DNA of 64,000 nucleotides, from NCBI GenBank assembly GCA_046292385.1, contig JBKBRF010000005.1:149340-213339 (forward strand), written 5' to 3'. The DNA comes from Armatimonadota bacterium (lineage in GTDB: Bacteria > Armatimonadota > SYMT01). Under the pieces are notes generated by a model. It had not been told where the DNA came from, ran no database searches, and saw only the letters and a program-made list of their open reading frames with translations. A program made the translations under genes and the position numbers. The first letter of the stretch is position 1. Every line of letters begins with the position of its first letter. Shown piece after piece: positions 8,325 to 18,012 of the stretch.

Positions 8325-10262
8325 CTAACGCGAGTTCGTTGGGGTGAAGCCCAGCACGTCCGGGAAGCCGTCGCGGTTGCGGTCGCGGAGGTACTCCAGC
8401 TCGGAGCCGTAGGCGCGGTCCACGTTCGCCAGCGCCTGGCTGACGATCCGCCGGCCGTCCGGGGCGAAGCCCGGGCCTTCGATCCGGCCGGGGACGTTGA
8501 AGAGCCACTCCGGGTTGAACCGCTCCACGCCGGTGTCCCGGCCCGCGACGCGGAAGTGCCGCTCGATGCGTCCGTCCCCGTTCAGGTCGGTCGGCAGGTC
8601 GTCGGTGCCGTAGAGGACCAGGCTGCGGAGGAAGGCGAGCAGGTCGCCCCGCTCGCTGGAGGAGAGACGCCGGTACCTCCGGCGGGTCTCGGCCGCTTCA
8701 CCCCCGTGCCGCTCGATCGCCTCCTCCAGCGTGAGGGCGCCGCCGTCATGGCCGTAAGGAGCCGTGGTGCCGACGCCCCAGAGCGGAGTCGTGCGGAAGT
8801 GGGTCAGGGTGCTCCCGTCGAACTGGAGCTGCCGGCACTCCGGTCCGAGGTCGTGGTAGCGGAAGTCGCTGTAGATCCCGCGGATGGTGAAGGCGCCGCG
8901 CCTCCGCCGCCACACACCGTCTCTCCGCTGGGCCAGCAAGCGGACCCGTCCCTGCAGCCGGCCCTCGCGGCCCGGCGCGACCTCCAGGTCGAAGAAGCGC
9001 CGGTCGCCCAGGAAGCGCCGGGTGTAATCTGCAGCCTTTGGCGCGGCGGCTTCGAGCTTCCAGTCCGGCGTATGGCAGGAGCCGCACCCGATGCGGGAGA
9101 AGAGGCGCTCGCCGCGGGCGACCTCCGGCGTGCGGGCGGCGCGGGCGGGCGCCGGGTGGTTCAGCAGGTACCACTCCGCCAGGTCGAGGTCGCCCTCGCT
9201 GATCTCCTCCACGTGCCCGTCCCGGTCCGGGTCGTCCAGGCTCACCCCTCCGGCGCCGCGCCGCTGCCCCCGGTCCCGCGAGGCGCCGCTCACGTACTGC
9301 GGCATCCCCGCCAGCGAGGTCCTCGCCAGGCCGTCGCCGTTCGGCTCGGCAAGACAGGTCGGATCGTAGGCCTGCAGGCCGGAGTGGATGTCCCACGGCT
9401 GGGCGGTAAAGATCCGCAGGGTGCCCGCGATCGGAACCCGGGCGCGGTGGCCGAACCCGAACGGCTGGAGCTCCAGCGTGTAGGCGGCCACTCCCGGCGC
9501 CTTTAGGCTCCGCGCCCAGGGAATGCGCTTGCCGCTCGCGTCGAGGTAGACGATGTGGACGGCGGGATCGAGGTCCGGCCGACCGTTCCCGTCGACGTCG
9601 CCGAACCGGCCGAAGTCGATGGCGTGCCGGCCGGGTGCCCCCTCCGGCAGGTTGTAGACCCGCGCGCGGCGCCCAAAGCTCTCCCGCGCGTCGATCCGGC
9701 CGTCCCGGTTCCGGTCCCCGAGAGCGAGCAGCTTGAGCCGGAGGTCCCAGCCGAGCATCTCGATCAGTCCGGCGCCGTAGAGGTGCGGCGTGTTCCGGCC
9801 CGTCCCGCCGTTCTTGGCAATCGTCGCGCCGTGTCCGGCGTCCCGGTACGGGATGTTGTGGCAGGTGCCGCAAGAAGAGGCGTGGCCCAGCTGCTGCTGG
9901 CGCGTGACGCCGTCGTCCAGGACGGGGCCGCCGTGCTGGCCGCTCTCGCCGAAGACGCCGTCCCACGCCGCGAACTCTCGCAGGAACAGCTCCCGCCCCC
10001 GCTGGTAGCCAAGCCACGGATCGACGTAGAGCAGGTACGCGGTGGTGCCCGGCTTACGCGGGTCCCGGGAGTGGACCGCCCGTACGCGCGCGGTCTTGAT
10101 CGAGCGGCCCGAGACGTCGCGCGGCACCGCCGCCGGATCGTCACCCAGCCCGCCGGGCCGCTCCGTCCGGTATTCCAGCCGGGGCAGGTCGCCGGAGACG
10201 CCCACCGCCACCGCCAGCGGTGCCGCGAGCGCGCCGAGAGCCGCCATCAAGATACGCCGCAT
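8325..10262 (-). CDS. exported di-heme oxidoreductase family protein (two CxxCH)
   Basis: Signal peptide, CGTCH and CGSCH, RNTPHLYGAGLIE, FRTTPLWGVG..APYGHDG...TLEEAI..HGGEA, and EF-hand-like DxNxDG motifs. Confidence 0.8.
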   Translation of the reverse strand: MRRILMAALGALAAPLAVAVGVSGDLPRLEYRTERPGGLGDDPAAVPRDVSGRSIKTARVRAVHSRDPRKPGTTAYLLYVDPWLGYQRGRELFLREFAAWDGVFGESGQHGGPVLDDGVTRQQQLGHASSCGTCHNIPYRDAGHGATIAKNGGTGRNTPHLYGAGLIEMLGWDLRLKLLALGDRNRDGRIDARESFGRRARVYNLPEGAPGRHAIDFGRFGDVDGNGRPDLDPAVHIVYLDASGKRIPWARSLKAPGVAAYTLELQPFGFGHRARVPIAGTLRIFTAQPWDIHSGLQAYDPTCLAEPNGDGLARTSLAGMPQYVSGASRDRGQRRGAGGVSLDDPDRDGHVEEISEGDLDLAEWYLLNHPAPARAARTPEVARGERLFSRIGCGSCHTPDWKLEAAAPKAADYTRRFLGDRRFFDLEVAPGREGRLQGRVRLLAQRRDGVWRRRRGAFTIRGIYSDFRYHDLGPECRQLQFDGSTLTHFRTTPLWGVGTTAPYGHDGGALTLEEAIERHGGEAAETRRRYRRLSSSERGDLLAFLRSLVLYGTDDLPTDLNGDGRIERHFRVAGRDTGVERFNPEWLFNVPGRIEGPGFAPDGRRIVSQALANVDRAYGSELEYLRDRNRDGFPDVLGFTPTNSR

Positions 10263-10280
10263 CGGGAGGCCTCCACGCGA

Positions 10281-11462
10281 TCAAGGGGGCGAGGTCGGCA
10301 GGATGTAGACGTACTCCATCTCATCCGGCTTCCCGGCCAGGGTGGCGCGGACGAAGTGGAGGTCGTCGTCCATCTCGCCGCGGCGGAATTCCTTGCGCAG
10401 CTTGGTGACCCACTGGCCCTGCTTCAGGTGGCCTCGAAGGAGCCGGAGCTGTCTTACGGCTTCCGGATCGGCCTCGCGGTCGAACTTCACGGTGCCGTCG
10501 AGCATCCCGAGGTCGGCGGCGTTCAGCTTCCGCGCCCACTCCAGGCGGGTCGGGGTCCAGCCCGGCTCTCCCCGCTGCCCCTCCTGCGCCTGGCGCTGGA
10601 GCCGGTCGAGCTGCGGCTCGACGACCGCGGACCATGCCTTCTCCTGCGGCGTCAGCTTCTCCGGTACCGCGAAGGAGAGCGCTTGGTGCCACATCGGCGC
10701 CCAGCTTAGCTGGTAGCTCCAGGCGCCGGGGAGGTCGACCTTGTACGGCGCCTGCACGTAGAGCAGCGCCTCGGTCTTGTCTTTGACGGAGATCTGGGTG
10801 ATCCGCAGCGGGTAGACGAACCGCTCGCTCGCGAAGGTGAAGCGGGTCGGCGTCACTTCGCCGCTGTAGGTGCCGTCCGCCCGGCGCTTCTGCTGCATCG
10901 GGTCGATCTTCATCACGGTGAAGAACCACTTCTTCCCGATGTAGTGCTGAAGCGTCGCCTCGTCCCCGGCATAGGAGTACCGGTTCTCCTTCAGCCAGGC
11001 GAACAGGTCGGCGGCGTCCTCCGCGCGGACGATCTTGTAGTCGAGCGAGCCGACCACCCCCTCCTCCAGCACCACCACGGAGCGCTTGGCTGCTGGCGCG
11101 CTCGCGCCGCCGAAAGCACCCCTGGCGCGGAAGAGGACGGGCTTGTACTTGTCGAGCGGCATCGGCCGCAGGATGGTAAAGACGGCGAGCTCCTTGAAGA
11201 AGTCCCGCGGCATCTCGTACAGGCGGGGGCGCGAAGGCGTGGGGATCACCATGCCGAAGTCGCGGGCGTTCCCTTCAAACTTCGGCTGCACGGTGAAGCT
11301 CTCCACCTGCTCCTGCGGGTCCCAGGTGAGGAATGCCTTCTGGGCCGGCTGGTTTACGTCCTGGCCCAGCGCGGAGAAGTAACAGCACGCACCCAGCGCG
11401 GCGGAGTGAGATCCTACGGCAGCGATCGCGGCCAACGCCGCGGAGACGAGTAGGCGTCGCAT
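10281..11462 (-). CDS. DUF2330-like exported protein
   Basis: Signal peptide then ACCYF, QP.F.G.ARDFGM.IPTP, WL.EN.Y, and YPLRI pattern. Confidence 0.7.
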   Translation of the reverse strand: MRRLLVSAALAAIAAVGSHSAALGACCYFSALGQDVNQPAQKAFLTWDPQEQVESFTVQPKFEGNARDFGMVIPTPSRPRLYEMPRDFFKELAVFTILRPMPLDKYKPVLFRARGAFGGASAPAAKRSVVVLEEGVVGSLDYKIVRAEDAADLFAWLKENRYSYAGDEATLQHYIGKKWFFTVMKIDPMQQKRRADGTYSGEVTPTRFTFASERFVYPLRITQISVKDKTEALLYVQAPYKVDLPGAWSYQLSWAPMWHQALSFAVPEKLTPQEKAWSAVVEPQLDRLQRQAQEGQRGEPGWTPTRLEWARKLNAADLGMLDGTVKFDREADPEAVRQLRLLRGHLKQGQWVTKLRKEFRRGEMDDDLHFVRATLAGKPDEMEYVYILPTSPP

Positions 11463-11553
11463 CGGCACCTCCGGATGGCCTTATAACGGCCGTTCGGAGA
11501 TCAGACTCGGCGCCATCTGACAGGGTTACAGGCGGAAGACTTTTCCGGACCGG

Positions 11554-12408
11554 TCAATCCTGCTGCTCGTCGAGCGGCCGGGACGGGTCCAGGCCCGAGG
11601 CCGAGTAGTAGCGGCGCATCTCCGCGGCCACGCCGTCCAGGTCCGGGAAGAGGCGGCGCTCGTCGACCCCGCAGAGGTCGAGCTGGTCACGCACCCGCTC
11701 CACCGCGGAGTACGGGATCTGGATGCGCGTGAGGCAGCGAGAGAGCCCGGCCTCGGCCAGGAGCTCGTCGATCGCGCGGGTGCGGTCGGTGGGGAAGGTG
11801 AACGTAGACGCCTGTGACGTGATCCGCCCGTCCAGCGCCGGCGGCTCCAGCAAGGCGATCAGCGGCTCCTCGAGGCGCGCCTGGTCCGTGACAAGCTGCC
11901 AGAGGGAGGTGATCCCCCGCTTCTCCAGCACGGCATCGAGCTCGTGGACCATCAACGCCAGCGGCGGCAGGCCGTAGTAGTCGTGCATGGCGCCCCAATC
12001 GAGGCGCCAGATCACCCGGTCCGACGGCCGGCCCTCGTTCACTGTCGCGAAGTGCGCCGCCACCAGCGGGCTGTGGGTCCAGTCGAGGAGCCGGGTCGGC
12101 AGCCCGTGGTGCTGCGCCACGATCAGCACCTCCCAGTCGTTCACCGGCGCGACGGAAAGGTGAGGACGGGAGTACCGGATGAAATTGCGCAGCAGGTGCT
12201 CTTCCAGGTGGACCTTCGAGTGCGGCTCCCGGTCCGGCACCCCCACGCGCGCCAGGCTGGTGAGCAGCGAGTAGCCGGTATCCGGAACGCCGCGGTAGAC
12301 CGCTCGCTCGCGCAGGCGGCCGCTGGCCGGGTCGGGCCGGCTGGGCGTGACCACCTGGATCAGCTCGGACAGGTCCTGGATGACGATCTCGCGGATCGGG
12401 TCTGGCAT
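11554..12408 (-). CDS. FRG domain protein
   Basis: VYRGV, AQHHGLPTRLLDWTHSPLVAAHFA, RITSQ, LFPDLDG. Confidence 0.9.
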   Translation of the reverse strand: MPDPIREIVIQDLSELIQVVTPSRPDPASGRLRERAVYRGVPDTGYSLLTSLARVGVPDREPHSKVHLEEHLLRNFIRYSRPHLSVAPVNDWEVLIVAQHHGLPTRLLDWTHSPLVAAHFATVNEGRPSDRVIWRLDWGAMHDYYGLPPLALMVHELDAVLEKRGITSLWQLVTDQARLEEPLIALLEPPALDGRITSQASTFTFPTDRTRAIDELLAEAGLSRCLTRIQIPYSAVERVRDQLDLCGVDERRLFPDLDGVAAEMRRYYSASGLDPSRPLDEQQD

Positions 12409-12491
12409 GGATCGGCGCGCCCCTCGCAGCCGTTCGTTCCCGTCCGCTGACCGCCGCGAAACCCGGCGCTCCCTCCCGCTCGGCCGCCCGC

Positions 12492-13442
12492 TCAGGCCTG
12501 CAGGTAGGGTGCCAGCAGCCGCGCGAATTCCCTCCGGGCCCCGGGGAGGTCGCCCGCCTCCACGCAGAAGCCGAGCCGTGCTGGGCGTCCCACGCCGAGC
12601 GCATCCGCGAGCCCGCGCAGGCCCCGCCCCGCCGGCGTGACCAGCAGCTCTCCGACCAGATGGGGCGGACGGAGGAAGAGGACCAGCTCGATGCCGCCGA
12701 CCGGCGAGCGTGGCCAGCCGCCGGGAGAGAGGCGCGCTACTCCGCCCACCAGGCCCTTTTCCGGTAGCGGCCGGTGCGGATAGCGCTCCTGGTCTTTCAA
12801 TACCTCCACCAGCGCGGCGTCCAGCGGCGCAACCGGCCGGCCGACCTTGTCATCGAGCGTGGTGCGATAGCCCCAGCCCCGGACCTCCATCCGGGCCACT
12901 TCTTCCAGCACAGCCGCCACCCGGGTGAAGAGCGGCGGCGGCGCGAGTGTGATCATGCGACGGCTCTGCGCGGCGCAGCCGGGCACCCACACGTCGAGCT
13001 GCGCGCGCCACATGCTCTCGAACGGTCGCCCCCAGGGAGCAGTGAGGGCGAATTCCCACCGCCGCACCTCCCCGGGCTGCAGCACCGCCTGGTACTCCAG
13101 CACCTGCTCCGCGTGGGTAATCTGGAACTCCGACGCCGCAGCCCCCAGCAGCCCCCCGGCTCCAACGGAGGGCGCCACCATCCCGCTTACCAGCCCGACC
13201 GACGCACCGAAGGCGAGGCCGTTTGCGAGCGGGCCCAGGTCCCTCGGGAGCTGTGAATCTTCGATCAGCGAGACCCGCACCGAGTCGATCGCCTGCGGCT
13301 GTGCCCCGCCGCGCAGCACCACCCGGCCGATCAGCGGCTCCCCCCACCCGAGCCGCAGCGAGTGAAGCGTGAGCCGGCCGGTGACCTGCCCCGCCCGCAG
13401 CGAGGCGTTGGGGTTTTGCCAGAACAGCAGTCGATCGAGCAT
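12492..13442 (-). CDS. Spo0M / arrestin-fold-like hypothetical protein
   Basis: G.V.LRGG...Q.I..V.V.L and L.PGE.R.W.F.L..P patterns. Start at MLDRLLFWQ. Confidence 0.5.
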   Translation of the reverse strand: MLDRLLFWQNPNASLRAGQVTGRLTLHSLRLGWGEPLIGRVVLRGGAQPQAIDSVRVSLIEDSQLPRDLGPLANGLAFGASVGLVSGMVAPSVGAGGLLGAAASEFQITHAEQVLEYQAVLQPGEVRRWEFALTAPWGRPFESMWRAQLDVWVPGCAAQSRRMITLAPPPLFTRVAAVLEEVARMEVRGWGYRTTLDDKVGRPVAPLDAALVEVLKDQERYPHRPLPEKGLVGGVARLSPGGWPRSPVGGIELVLFLRPPHLVGELLVTPAGRGLRGLADALGVGRPARLGFCVEAGDLPGARREFARLLAPYLQA

Positions 13443-13515
13443 CGGGGTTGCGAGTCTCCGGTGAGTAGTCCATCTTCCGGAACGGTCGCAGCTCGATCTG
13501 GTTACGAGCGAGCGA

Positions 13516-14061
13516 TCAGAGCGGCAGATCGTCGATCTCCAGCAGAGAGTGATCGTGGAGCATGCGGTTGCGGGCGCTGGAATAACGCCAGTGCTCCGGA
13601 AGCTCCACATAGCCCTTGCGCACCGGATTCGCCTCCACGTAGGTGATCTTCTGGCGCAGCCACTCTTCGCTTGTGATGAGCACTGGATGGAAGCCTTCCT
13701 GCCAGACCCGCGCCCGAGCCGTGCTGAGTCCCTGAGATGAGGTGGGAGAAAGCAGGCGGAGCAGTGATTCCTGCCCGTCCTCCCGCAGCAGCTGCAGTAT
13801 CTGCGACGACGTATGGCGCTTCAGATCGCGAATGATACCTGCCAGCGCTCCCGGAACCTCGGGATGCGCAACCAGATGGAAATGGTTCGTCATCACCACG
13901 TAGCCATAGATCCGCAGTCCCTTGTGCCGGCGGCAGTAGGCAAACGCATCGATCAGCACCTCGAAGTACCGTGGAGAGGTAAAGACGTGCGCCCAGGCGA
14001 GGGTGGTGGAGGTGATGAAGTAGGGGGCGTCTTCATCGGCGTAGACACGAAAGCCGCTCAT
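13516..14061 (-). mobile_element. REP-associated tyrosine transposase (RAYT, Y1 HUH family)
   Basis: YFITST, YGYVVMTNHFHLV (HUH), RDLKRHTS, VWQEGFH, YVEANPVRKG, WRYSSA. ATG 14061 has GGAGG upstream. Confidence 0.88.
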
Positions 14062-14084
14062 CGCACCTCCCGAGGCTCCTCCGA

Positions 14085-14383
14085 CCGGAATTGACTTCCG
14101 GCGGAATTGACGTAAGAACCGGATCGCCCGGCGTTGACTCTCGGCGGAACCAATTTGCGCCGTTGACTGCGCAGCGCAGCCGGAGCGGGCAGTCAACTGC
14201 CCATGTTCGACACTCCGGGAGTCAACTCCCGGAGATCCATGGACAGAGCTCATCAACAAGGATCGCCGGGAGTTGACTCCCGGCGGAACCAATCCGCCCA
14301 GTTCACTGGGCACCACAGCGGCAGCCGGAGCGGGCAGTCAACTGCCCGCGTTCGACACTCCGGGAGTCAATTCCCGGAGATCA
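14085..14383. repeat. REP/REPIN-like cluster: two ~120-bp units plus one partial hairpin
   Basis: Units 14121-14238 and 14260-14383. Each is bounded by inverted GAT-C(G/T)CCGGGAG-TTGA-CTCCCGG-type hairpins, with inner GGGCAG-TCAA-CTGCCC-type hairpins. Confidence 0.85.
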
Positions 14384-14386
14384 AAT

Positions 14387-15526
14387 CTATCGCTCCATCC
14401 ACTCCCCCAGCCGCCGCAGTCCCTCCTCGATCCGCGGCAGGGCCGAGGCGAAGCTGAAGCGCAGGTGGCCTTCCGCGCGGCTGCCGAAGTCGATGCCGGG
14501 CGTCACCCCCACGTGCGCTTCTTCGAGGATGCGGTGCGCCAGCGCGAGCGAGTCCGGGTGCAGATGGCGGGCGTCGGCCAGGGCGTAGTAAGCGCCGAGA
14601 GGGGTGGCGGGCACGCGCAGGCCGAGGCTCTCCAGCCCCTGCAGCAGGACCTCGCGGCGGCGGGTGTAGTGCGCCAGCATCTCGCGGGCGTCCGGCTCCG
14701 CCTCGCGGAGCGCGGCGAGCGCGGCGTGCTGCGCCACGCTGCCGGCGCAGATGAAGAGGTTCTGCTGTAGACGCTGCAGCGGCGCGACGCTCTCCGGCGG
14801 GGCGACCAGCCAGCCGATCCGCCAGCCGGTCATCGCGTAGCGCTTGCTGAAGCCGTCGAGCACGAAGCAGCGGTCGGTCACCTCCAGCATGCTGGGTGCG
14901 CGCGTGCCGTACTCCAGCCCGTGGTAGATCTCGTCGCTGATCACCGGCACGCCGAGCTCCGCCAGCTCTGCCAGCGTCTCCCGGCTCTGCACTGCAGCCG
15001 TCGGATTGGCGGGGCTGTTGACCAGCAGCGCCCGGGTCTGGCGAGTAAGCCGCCGCCGGACCTCCGCCGCGTCGCAGCGGTAGCCGCAGGCGGGGTCGAG
15101 CGGGAAGTAGCGAGGCTGGCCGTGGAAGGCGCGGACGAAGTTGGGGTAGCAGGCGTAGCCGGGGTCCGGGAGCAGCACCTCGTCCCCCGGATCGAGGAGG
15201 AGCGCCATCAGCAGCGCCAGGCCGCCGGAGGTGCCGCTCGTCACCAGGATCCGCTCCGGCTCCACCTCGACCCCATAGCGGCCCCGGTAGTAGCGAGAGA
15301 TCTCCGCCCGCAGCTCCCAGAGTCCCAGGCTGTGGGTGTAATGGGTCTCCCCTCTCCGCAGCGCCTCGCTCGCGGCGCGCTCCACGCAGGCGGGGGTATT
15401 GAAGTCCGGCTCCCCGACTTCTAGGTGGACGATGTCCGCGCCGGCGCGCTCCAGCTCCTGGGCGCGCTCCAGGATCTCCATCGCGAAAAAGGGCGTAACG
15501 TCCCGGGCCGAGTGAGAGAGGTACAT
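14387..15526 (-). CDS. PLP-dependent aminotransferase class I/II (AspC-like)
   Basis: GEPDF.TP, NSPANPT, ISDEIY, GFSKRYAMTGWRIGW, HLRFSFA. Confidence 0.92.
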   Translation of the reverse strand: MYLSHSARDVTPFFAMEILERAQELERAGADIVHLEVGEPDFNTPACVERAASEALRRGETHYTHSLGLWELRAEISRYYRGRYGVEVEPERILVTSGTSGGLALLMALLLDPGDEVLLPDPGYACYPNFVRAFHGQPRYFPLDPACGYRCDAAEVRRRLTRQTRALLVNSPANPTAAVQSRETLAELAELGVPVISDEIYHGLEYGTRAPSMLEVTDRCFVLDGFSKRYAMTGWRIGWLVAPPESVAPLQRLQQNLFICAGSVAQHAALAALREAEPDAREMLAHYTRRREVLLQGLESLGLRVPATPLGAYYALADARHLHPDSLALAHRILEEAHVGVTPGIDFGSRAEGHLRFSFASALPRIEEGLRRLGEWMER

Positions 15527-15624
15527 GGGTCTGAAGTATCGCGTCCGGAGACGGACTGCCAGAAACGACGAGGGAGCGGGGCGCGTGCCCCACTCCCCTT
15601 GAAGTTCTCGATCGCGAGCGCCGG

Positions 15625-15993
15625 TTACTTCTTGAGCGCGTAGTCCGCCAGCGCGGTGACGCTCACGCCCGGGACGCGGTCGATGTGCTGGACCACGTTC
15701 TCGGACTGCACCGGCACCAGGATCTTGATGCGGGCCACGTCCTTGTAATCGGTCTCGAGCTGCGCCACCGCCTTCACGCGGTCGACGTCGCTCTTCTTAC
15801 CCGCTACCTGCGCCGCCCCGATGTTGAGGCTGGAGCCGACGGTGATGATCGGCACGATCTTCTTGTCGAGGTTCGGGTAGTAGTCGCGGCTGCCGTACTG
15901 CGCCTGCGCCGGCTGGACCGCGCCGGAGATCAGCGCGGCGCCCAGGCCGAGGGCGAGGGCCGCCGCTGCTCCCATGGAAATGAGTCGCTTCAT
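15625..15993 (-). CDS. exported hypothetical protein (paralog of 16007-16456)
   Basis: Signal peptide, KIVPIITVGSSLNIGAAQVAG motif, GGAGG RBS. Confidence 0.75.
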   Translation of the reverse strand: MKRLISMGAAAALALGLGAALISGAVQPAQAQYGSRDYYPNLDKKIVPIITVGSSLNIGAAQVAGKKSDVDRVKAVAQLETDYKDVARIKILVPVQSENVVQHIDRVPGVSVTALADYALKK

Positions 15994-16006
15994 CGGGTCC
16001 TCCTCC

Positions 16007-16456
16007 CTAGATCCGGAAATCGATGATCGCCGTGGTGCCCACGCCCTGGATCGGCTTCAGCTCCGCCTTACCGGGGGTGAGGCTGTTCACAGGGAAATAG
16101 GCCTTGCCGCGCGCGCGGCCGACCGGCACCTCGATCGTGGCGACATACTTCGCCTTCTTGAGCACCGTCTCTTCGCCCTGGATCTGCGCGCCGCCCACGT
16201 AGGCGCCGCTGCCGACGGCGAAGGTCGGGACGACCTTGGTGCGGTCCTCGTACCGGATCCCCTTCTGCTGGAGGAGGGTGTTGATCGTCTTGTTGATCTG
16301 GGGGCCGAACTGCTTCACCAGGAAGCCGATCCCGCCCACCTTCACCACCTTGCCCAGGGCTCCGTCCAGGATGCCCGCCTGGGCGGTCTGCGCGGAGCCG
16401 AAGCCCACTGCCGCCGCCAGTGCCAGGGTTCCGGCCCAGAACTTGATTGTTTTCAT
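16007..16456 (-). CDS. exported hypothetical protein (paralog of 15625-15993)
   Basis: Signal peptide, KVVPTFAVGSGAYVGGAQIQG motif. Confidence 0.75.
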   Translation of the reverse strand: MKTIKFWAGTLALAAAVGFGSAQTAQAGILDGALGKVVKVGGIGFLVKQFGPQINKTINTLLQQKGIRYEDRTKVVPTFAVGSGAYVGGAQIQGEETVLKKAKYVATIEVPVGRARGKAYFPVNSLTPGKAELKPIQGVGTTAIIDFRI

Positions 16457-16549
16457 CGCGCTCTCCCCGCGGGGTCTCTCCGCCCCGCTCTTTGTCCATG
16501 ACCCATAATCGGCGCGGCGGGTTGCGTAGAACCTAAACTCAATGCGGTC

Positions 16550-16960
16550 TCAATCCGCGGCCCGGCGTTTCCGGGCCCACCGGTCGAGAAGAAACGCCGT
16601 CCCTGCGCCGGCCGTGTAGCACGCCAGGTCCCGCAGCGCGAAGGTGGTGCCGAAGAGCAGGCGGACCGGGAGCAGCCCCGCGTACCGTGCCGGGATGCCG
16701 GTGAGCTGGAACAGCTCCACCGCCACGCACCAGCCCAGCGCCGCCAGGGCGATCGCTCGCGGTCGGGTCTTGGGGCGAAGCGCTGCCAGGGCCAGGTAGG
16801 CGGCAGAGGCGTAGAGCGCGTCCCCCAGCCACTCGTCCCAGAGCGGTATTCCCTGGGGGAACCGGCGGGAGACGAGACCCAGCAGAACTACGACGACCAG
16901 CGCGGCGGCGTAGAGGCCCCGGGACGCTCCCGGCTTGCCGGAGTGGTGCGTCAGGCTCAC
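16550..16960 (-). CDS. DUF2809-like membrane protein
   Basis: GL.SR, GDALYA, VELFQL, LLFGTTF...DLACY..G pattern. Confidence 0.75.
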   Translation of the reverse strand: MSLTHHSGKPGASRGLYAAALVVVVLLGLVSRRFPQGIPLWDEWLGDALYASAAYLALAALRPKTRPRAIALAALGWCVAVELFQLTGIPARYAGLLPVRLLFGTTFALRDLACYTAGAGTAFLLDRWARKRRAAD

Positions 16961-17018
16961 CCGGTGCTCCGGGAAAGTGGCTCATACCCGGATCCCCTAC
17001 GCTCACACCGGCAGGGTG

Positions 17019-17990
17019 TCATTTCCAGCAGTGGTCCCAGATGCCGACGAGCGCCTCCTGCTGGCGGAGGCCGGAGAGACCGTTCACCAGCAGGTGCGAC
17101 GGGTCGTCCGTGCGGACCGCCAGCAGGAAGCTCTCGACGGAGCGCCGCATCAGGTCCGGTCCGATCCACTCTTCGCCCTCCGCGGCCACGCGCGCCACGA
17201 ATTCCCCGTCGCGGTTCACGCCGTCGTAGGTGGCAACCAGATCCTGGTTGCCCAGCTCCCTCTTCACCGTGCCGTCGGTAGTCCGGCGGCACTCGATGTG
17301 GACCGGCAGACGGCGCGCCGCGGAGACCCACTCGAAGTCGAGCACCACTTCCCGAGGACCGTCCTGGTGGCGGAGGGTGGCCCAGTCGACCCCTCCGGGC
17401 GCGAGGCGGTCGATGACGGCGAGGGGGTGGGGACCGAGATCGACCCACACCTCCGCGGCGCCGTGCGGGCTGCGCGGCGCGCCGCGAGTGGCCATGGTAA
17501 AGGTCAGGGCGCGGTAATCCGGCTCGCGTCCGCGCAGCGTCCGGTGGAGCGCCTCGAACCCCTCCAGCGCTGCCGGATACTGTGCGTTCACCCCCAGGAG
17601 CACGCCGTGGTGCGCCGCCGCCTCCACCAGCCGAGTCGCCTCCTGGATCAGCTCCAGGGAGCTATAGCTCCAGTTCCAGACGAGCGGCTTCTCGCAGAGG
17701 AGGTGCTTTCCGTCCTGCGCCAGGTCGCGGCAGTTTGCCCAGTGCTCCTCCGCCGGCGAGCAAACGCTGCAGGCGTCGAACCCGCCCTCGCGGCGGAACT
17801 GCTCCCAATCATGAAAGGCACGTCCGCTGAAGCCGAAGAGGTCTCGCAGCGTCGCCGCGGCGGAGAGCGCGGAGGCTTCGGTGGTCCCATAGATCGCCAC
17901 CACCTCGCAGCCGGCGTGGGCAAACCACTTGGCATGATGCCGGCCAATTCCGCGGGCACCGACGATGGCGATACGGGGGAGCGGCTTCAT
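17019..17990 (-). CDS. Gfo/Idh/MocA family oxidoreductase
   Basis: IAIVGARGIGRHH Rossmann start, GKHLLCEKP, DLGPH. Confidence 0.85.
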   Translation of the reverse strand: MKPLPRIAIVGARGIGRHHAKWFAHAGCEVVAIYGTTEASALSAAATLRDLFGFSGRAFHDWEQFRREGGFDACSVCSPAEEHWANCRDLAQDGKHLLCEKPLVWNWSYSSLELIQEATRLVEAAAHHGVLLGVNAQYPAALEGFEALHRTLRGREPDYRALTFTMATRGAPRSPHGAAEVWVDLGPHPLAVIDRLAPGGVDWATLRHQDGPREVVLDFEWVSAARRLPVHIECRRTTDGTVKRELGNQDLVATYDGVNRDGEFVARVAAEGEEWIGPDLMRRSVESFLLAVRTDDPSHLLVNGLSGLRQQEALVGIWDHCWK

Positions 17991-18012
17991 AGTCGGTGCG
18001 GAGGAGACGTCG

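Noticed and set aside
14062..14316. N-terminal extension of the transposase in the ORF track
   Set aside because: It is translated REP sequence (repeated SPGVDSR). A good RBS precedes ATG 14061.
14085..14383. CRISPR array
   Set aside because: Repeats alternate in orientation, the intervening sequences are themselves repeated, and no cas genes are present. A RAYT is adjacent.
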